A program made the translations under genes and the position numbers. Under the pieces are notes generated by a model. It worked only from the letters and a program-made list of their open reading frames with translations, was not told the origin of the DNA and searched no databases. DNA of 64,000 bases from Azolla caroliniana (Eukaryota; Plantae; Polypodiophyta). The stretch lies in the NCBI GenBank assembly GCA_043228905.1, contig JBHGNT010000002.1, positions 18,104,001 to 18,168,000 of the forward strand, written 5' to 3'. Every line of letters begins with the position of its first letter. Positions within the stretch are counted from its first letter, which is position 1. Shown here in pieces: positions 59,401-64,000 of this stretch.

Positions 59401-62400
59401 CAAGGTCATATCAAATCGATGTGTCAACAAGGTGAATTATAACTAACATGGATCCCTTGATCCTTTCAAATATTGGTTTGTAGGCGAGGGTTAAAATCAA
59501 AAGCACATTATTGAAAATGATGAGGGCTTTCCTCCTATGGAGAAGTGCTTACCATGAGAAATTGGTGGCAAGTGTGAAATGGATTTGATCAATGTCTTCT
59601 TCCAAAGAAAGTTTGAGGAAGAGGTCCACATTCAACAAGCAGATTGATTTAAGTGGGAACATCCTATTGGTGCATGGTAGTGGTTTGAAGAAGTCATTAC
59701 ATCTCTTTAATCAAGCAACAAGTGTGTGGCATTTGGTCATCATGAAGAAATTGATTTCTCTACTCACTATAAAGTTGGAACTAAGGACATGGATGAGATT
59801 CATTACGTCCTTGGTATTGAGATCGTTTGCCCATCTTGTGGAACCTTGTGCTCCTAATGCAAGTACTTTTTGAATCTATTGTTCAAATTTGGCATGGATG
59901 ATTTCAAGTCAATGAGGACTCCAACTATGTTATTCTCAATCCAACATGGTACCAATCACCCCAACTTTAGTTGCACAATTGACCTTCTTAGGTAATTTGT
60001 GCATGTATTGTGTAACAATACAAGGTTGATCACAACAAATTTCTTTGGCCTTCTTACTTTGATGAAAGAAGAAAACTAGCTTTAGAGCTAATTTTTGAGG
60101 AACCCCCATGGATCACCTAAAGTTAATGCTAAAATTTCAATGAACACCCATAAAATACCCTAATGCGCTTTTTAGCTCTCACTTCCTATTTTAGATGTTC
60201 TTCCATTGCTATATTTAGTGTAAAGCATGAGCACATATTTGACGTCATGAAGGGCATTTAAGGAATTAAACAAAATTAGAAGGCTACAAGGATAGTTTTT
60301 CCCCTCATAAGAAGCCTACAAGGATAGTTTGAGCATGTTATCAATTTTGAAGCCAGGAAGGGTATTTTGGGCATGTTCAAATTGTGAAGCTAGGAAGGTT
60401 AGTTTAGAACTTTTGCCAAATCTCAAAATACAATGGCTAATTTTGTAACCTTTGGGCCGTTCTTGGAATTGAAGCTACATATTTGTACGCATGCAAATAT
60501 ATTTACATCATTTTTGCCATGGAAGCCATGATGGTTATTCCTGTAGTTTTGCAAACGTTTTTAACGGTTGAAGATATATTTATTAGTGTTGTAATATTGG
60601 AAACACTAGAGACATTTTTGCAATCGAAGCTCTGATAACTAATTTTATAGTTTTGCAAGCTTTTGGGCCATTGCCATTTTTGTAGTTTTGCAAAATATGG
60701 GCCTTCATACTTTTTTGAGCCAATTTTGAACTGGAAGTCATAATGCCTATTTGGAATTTTACAAACCAATGGGCCTCTATTACGATTGAACTACAAGAGC
60801 TATTTATATAATTGCGCTAAATTTTGGGGATATGTTGCCATTTATGGTTTTCACTCTTATTACCATCCGTTAATTGCTCATTTCCTCATTTCTTCGAAAT
60901 TGTCCATGTGTGTCAAACCACCACAATAGGAGTTCTAGTATAACAATTGAAGGCTACACAAGTGACAATTACTCTAGTTGTTCGTGGGATTGACGACCAA
61001 AATTAGGCTTCGCCTTCTTCTTGGGAAGTAATATCATCTCTTGTAGTCACGAAAAGCAGTTAACTACAACTTTATCAAGTGGGGAGGTGCATTAATTGCT
61101 TGTGAAATTGTTGTATGGCTTAAGCAAATTTTTAAAGACTTGCCATCCCAATATATGGTGGTAACCTCAACAACTATAAGTGGCATGAACCCCCTTGGTA
61201 TTCCATATGTGCATGAAGCACATCCAGGTGCATTACCAATACATCTGAGAATTCATTCTTTCCAAACATTCCAACCGATTGGTGGACAATGGTTATATGG
61301 ATTGGAACAACTGAAACAAATCTTGACCTATGTCCAATATTGGATCTCTGGAGGTAAAGGGAGCAATGGCAATCCAAGCTCGGTAGCCAACATGGTAATG
61401 CTATGTAGTTGAGCTGGGTCAAGTGTGCTCGGGCAGAGCTATGAATCAAAAAGTGTGCACCTCCATTGCCATACTTACCGTGTTGCGCATAACACCATAA
61501 GTACGCAACATGGAATGTGTAAGAAAGAGACTAATCATATTGTATTGAATCAATGTACAGGCTACCTTTCATCATGAAGAGTAGTGAGAAGGTAGAGCTA
61601 TAAATGGTGTACTGCATGCTAAAAAAGAGATACATTTCCTAATGACGCTTACCATTTTTGTAAGTGTAGGAGGAAGGGTTGTCAAGTTGCGTGGAGGCCA
61701 TGGTCCACAAGGTTAGTAATTAGAATTTAGCAGTAGTAGTAGCGTCTTTTCTCCTGCCTGCTGCTTTAACTGTTAACTAACTGTGTGGATACGTGTGCCG
61801 AATTAATGGCCTTCTGACATAATCCCGTGGGCAGCAAAGAGAGCTCATGACAGAGAATGCGAGGTTGAGGAAGGAGGTGAGAGACCATCTGTTCATCCAT
61901 CCATCCATCTCCATATAGTAGCTTACCTGTTTTGTCTGTGTGTGTGTGTGTGTTTGTGTATACATATGTACCAACGAATATGAATGGTGTCGTAGTTGAT
62001 GCAATTGAGTCCTCATAATCATGCCCTCCACCTGGAAGATGAAGAAGAAGAAGAAGAAGAAGAAGAAGAGGAAAAGGATGATTATGATGGAGGCTTGGGC
62101 GGTGCATCCTCCAACTCAGGAGAAGAAAATGAAGAGGTAGCAGTTTTAGAAGCAGCAGCGGAAGCAAAAGGAGATGGTGAAGAGGAAGAGAAGCTGATGA
62201 CGAGCTGCACCTCCTCTCACCATGGCAACGAACGCCGCCATAGTTCTGATGCCGCGAGCACTTACACTGATGAGCTTTTGCAACTCAGGTATCATTCACT
62301 CATTCATCCCTCCCCTCCGGTTGTGCTTTTTTTATCTCCCCATATGTCTTTGCTTCTGGTTTATTTTACCCACAACACTCACTTCTGTTTTTAAAAAATC

Positions 62401-62559
62401 ATGTCCACATTTTTCTTATGCTTTTTCAAACTCTCATAACATATAAACTACTTACTGGTGACCTTTAATATGCTAACTTTTGAGAGCAGACTTAGCAGCT
62501 CTTTTATTCAAGTTATAATTAATGGCGATGGAGGCAAGTTGCAAAGTACTTTGGATTAA
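41683..62559 (+). CDS. MIKCc-type MADS-box transcription factor, predicted join(41683-41864,41961-42060,48696-48769,49136-49241,61670-61711,61835-61876,61996-62288,62490-62559), 302 aa
   Basis: MADS domain [25 protein letters not shown]; all introns GT-AG with consistent phases; K exons incl. the two diagnostic 42-nt exons. Exon-3 acceptor and last exon are less certain; extra I-region exons cannot be excluded. Confidence 0.85.
41961..42060 (+). CDS. MADS exon 2 (I region)
   Basis: TTTTTCTCAG| [13 protein letters not shown].. |GTGAGT. Confidence 0.9.
46100..46395. repeat. ~60-85-bp degenerate tandem repeat x4 in intron 2
   Basis: Recurring AAATGGATGAGA..TGAAAATGATAGCAA..TGATTTTGCA. Confidence 0.7.
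48272..48715. repeat. 219-bp tandem duplication covering the exon-3 acceptor
   Basis: Units start 48272 and 48491; TTTGAG microhomology at 48272/48491/48710. Confidence 0.95.
48696..48769 (+). CDS. MADS exon 3 (K1)
   Basis: [25 protein letters not shown]; phase-2 donor AG|GTATTA. Confidence 0.8.
49136..49241 (+). CDS. MADS exon 4 (K2)
   Basis: TACAG| [35 protein letters not shown] |GTAAGA. Confidence 0.88.
50850..53300 (-). mobile_element. Possible very old hAT-like transposase remnant in intron 4
   Basis: Scattered peptides [20 protein letters not shown] and [16 protein letters not shown] in the order expected for hAT/DUF659 transposases; no TIRs identified. Confidence 0.3.
54738..54998. 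repeat. 99-bp tandem repeat, ~2.6 copies
   Basis: AGGGTTCACACT at 54744, 54843, 54942. Confidence 0.9.
55775..59265 (-). mobile_element. Decayed LTR-less Ty1/copia in intron 4, with a second gag fragment at its 3' end
   Basis: [13 protein letters not shown] (gag), [64 protein letters not shown]; RT partly deleted. Confidence 0.9.
59290..59930 (+). mobile_element. Highly decayed copia RT fragment
   Basis: [28 protein letters not shown] resembles the start of copia RT. Confidence 0.6.
61670..61711 (+). CDS. MADS exon 5 (42 nt)
   Basis: TGTAG| [14 protein letters not shown] |GTTAGT. Confidence 0.8.
61835..61876 (+). CDS. MADS exon 6 (42 nt, K3)
   Basis: GCAG| [14 protein letters not shown] |GTGAGA. 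Confidence 0.88.
61996..62288 (+). CDS. MADS exon 7 (acidic C domain, poly-Glu)
   Basis: CGTAG| [26 protein letters not shown] |GTATCA. Confidence 0.8.
62490..62559 (+). CDS. MADS exon 8 (putative last coding exon)
   Basis: Branch point TGCTAAC then GCAG|; completes LQLRL; stop TAA. Confidence 0.55.
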
Positions 62560-64000
62560 GACGCACCTACTATGTCAAAAGATAGTCAACGTAGAAATAG
62601 AATTCATTCAGTGACGATTCATGGTTATCGTCCATCCACACAAGACCACATGCTGTAACTTGTGTTCATTTACTTAGGAAGCTTATAATAATCAAATGTA
62701 TCTATATTCATTGGTATCCCTTTAATTAAAGCTTTCTTTGAAGTTGTGTTGATATTGACTTATGACATACAACAAAGATAGAAAAACTGGTTTAATTTGG
62801 ATTATTGAACCTGTCAATGCTTCAATGAGCTTATTAGTATTTTCTCCTTCTCAAGCATGTTGATCAAACTTTGTTTTCTTTTACAAGAAACTAGTGGACA
62901 ATCCATGGTTGAAAGTTTGTCCATCTCAACTAGAGGTTGTACAATGTTCAGTCCTACCATCACCATGGCATAGAGATGGTTCTTTTGGTCTCAGAGTATG
63001 TGCTCTTAAATCATGTATTTCCTAATGAAATTGGTGTATAAATCTCCCCATGGAGTTGAATGGAATATCACAGCTACCAGATAATGAAGGCATTGGAGAT
63101 CGTATCATTGGTCCACCTCATGAAGATAAGGATGTTCTGAAAGACACATTATCGAGAGGGTTTAGGGTTTAGGTAACTCCTTTAAATAACTCAATCTCAT
63201 CTTCTTAGTTTTGTGCCAAGGAGGCCAATATTTTGTCCCTTTCTGCTCTATTCGCCACGTGTGGTCTGTGGATGCTTTGTTTTGTTCCCCAAACATATTA
63301 ATGTAGGTCGAACAACACACTATTATCAGAAGTTTGTTAAATTCAAGTGACTAACTTTTATTTTTCAAGAGAATGCTTCTATTCATTCTTTTGTGAGGAA
63401 GATTTTGCATGTAGTAATGGTACTAGTTCCTAAATTGATGTGGTTTCTTTACTTGGCCTATATCTATTGTTGGTGCTATCAATGCCATTGGGGCTATTGG
63501 TGGAATCCAATGTTGTAACTGTTACCATCGATGTTGCTTATAGAACTAGAGTAGCTCATCCGCCGGTGGTTGAATCTTGTATCAACAAATGAATTTCTCT
63601 TTGTAGATGTAAACCTAAGAAACTCTCATTTTGTGATCCTTCCTAATTTTTGAAACTGAGATAATGACTTATTCAATGTTTTTGACTTTTATGATGTTTA
63701 GTTCATTGGGGTGTTTCCTTTGTGCTTTCAAGATCCACTCAATTTCTTCCTTGGGTTTCATTGTTAGTTCCTCAACTGTTTGCTTTTCTTGTTCCCTTGT
63801 CAACATAACCAGTTGCTTTATTTGATTCCCATCTAGGTGATCCATTTTCTAGAGGGGTGCAAACCCTTGGTTATCGGCTCACCCAAGCAAGTGGTTCTTC
63901 CATTTTCTTGGCGTCCATTTCCGTTGTTATTTGTCTTGATCCACTGTTTTGGTTGGCTCCAAAACCTGATGCCTTTTGCAGGCCATTTATCCTCTTATTT

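Noticed and set aside
63157-63173. TTTAGGG telomere-like repeat
   Set aside because: Only about two units; too short to call an interstitial telomere.

Overview
Land-plant nuclear DNA, probably a seed-free vascular plant such as a fern (inferred from the Tcn1-like chromovirus and long introns). Bases 1-40.2 kb are a nested retrotransposon stack. It contains: (i) three copies of one decayed LINE segment; (ii) a decayed chromovirus with a solo LTR inside it, plus an inverted partial copy; (iii) a gag-only element with a tRNA-Trp PBS; (iv) inside that, a full-length non-chromovirus Ty3/gypsy (tRNA-Arg-type PBS) with an intact ~1000-aa extra ORF and no visible 3' PPT; (v) inside that, a young Tork/Tnt1-like copia with an open polyprotein; and (vi) a full-length Tcn1-like chromovirus. 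The Tcn1-like element has a Tf1-type self-primer, a G_UUA_AAC + pseudoknot -1 frameshift signal and a tRNA-like A/B-box segment in its LTR. Bases 41.7-62.6 kb hold an 8-exon MIKCc MADS-box gene (~302 aa predicted, acidic C-terminus, LxLxL motif) with 6.6-kb and 12.4-kb introns. A 219-bp tandem duplication created a second copy of its exon-3 acceptor, and an orphan copy of its promoter lies 31 kb upstream. All coordinates, alignments and mismatch counts were read by eye; no database searches were run.
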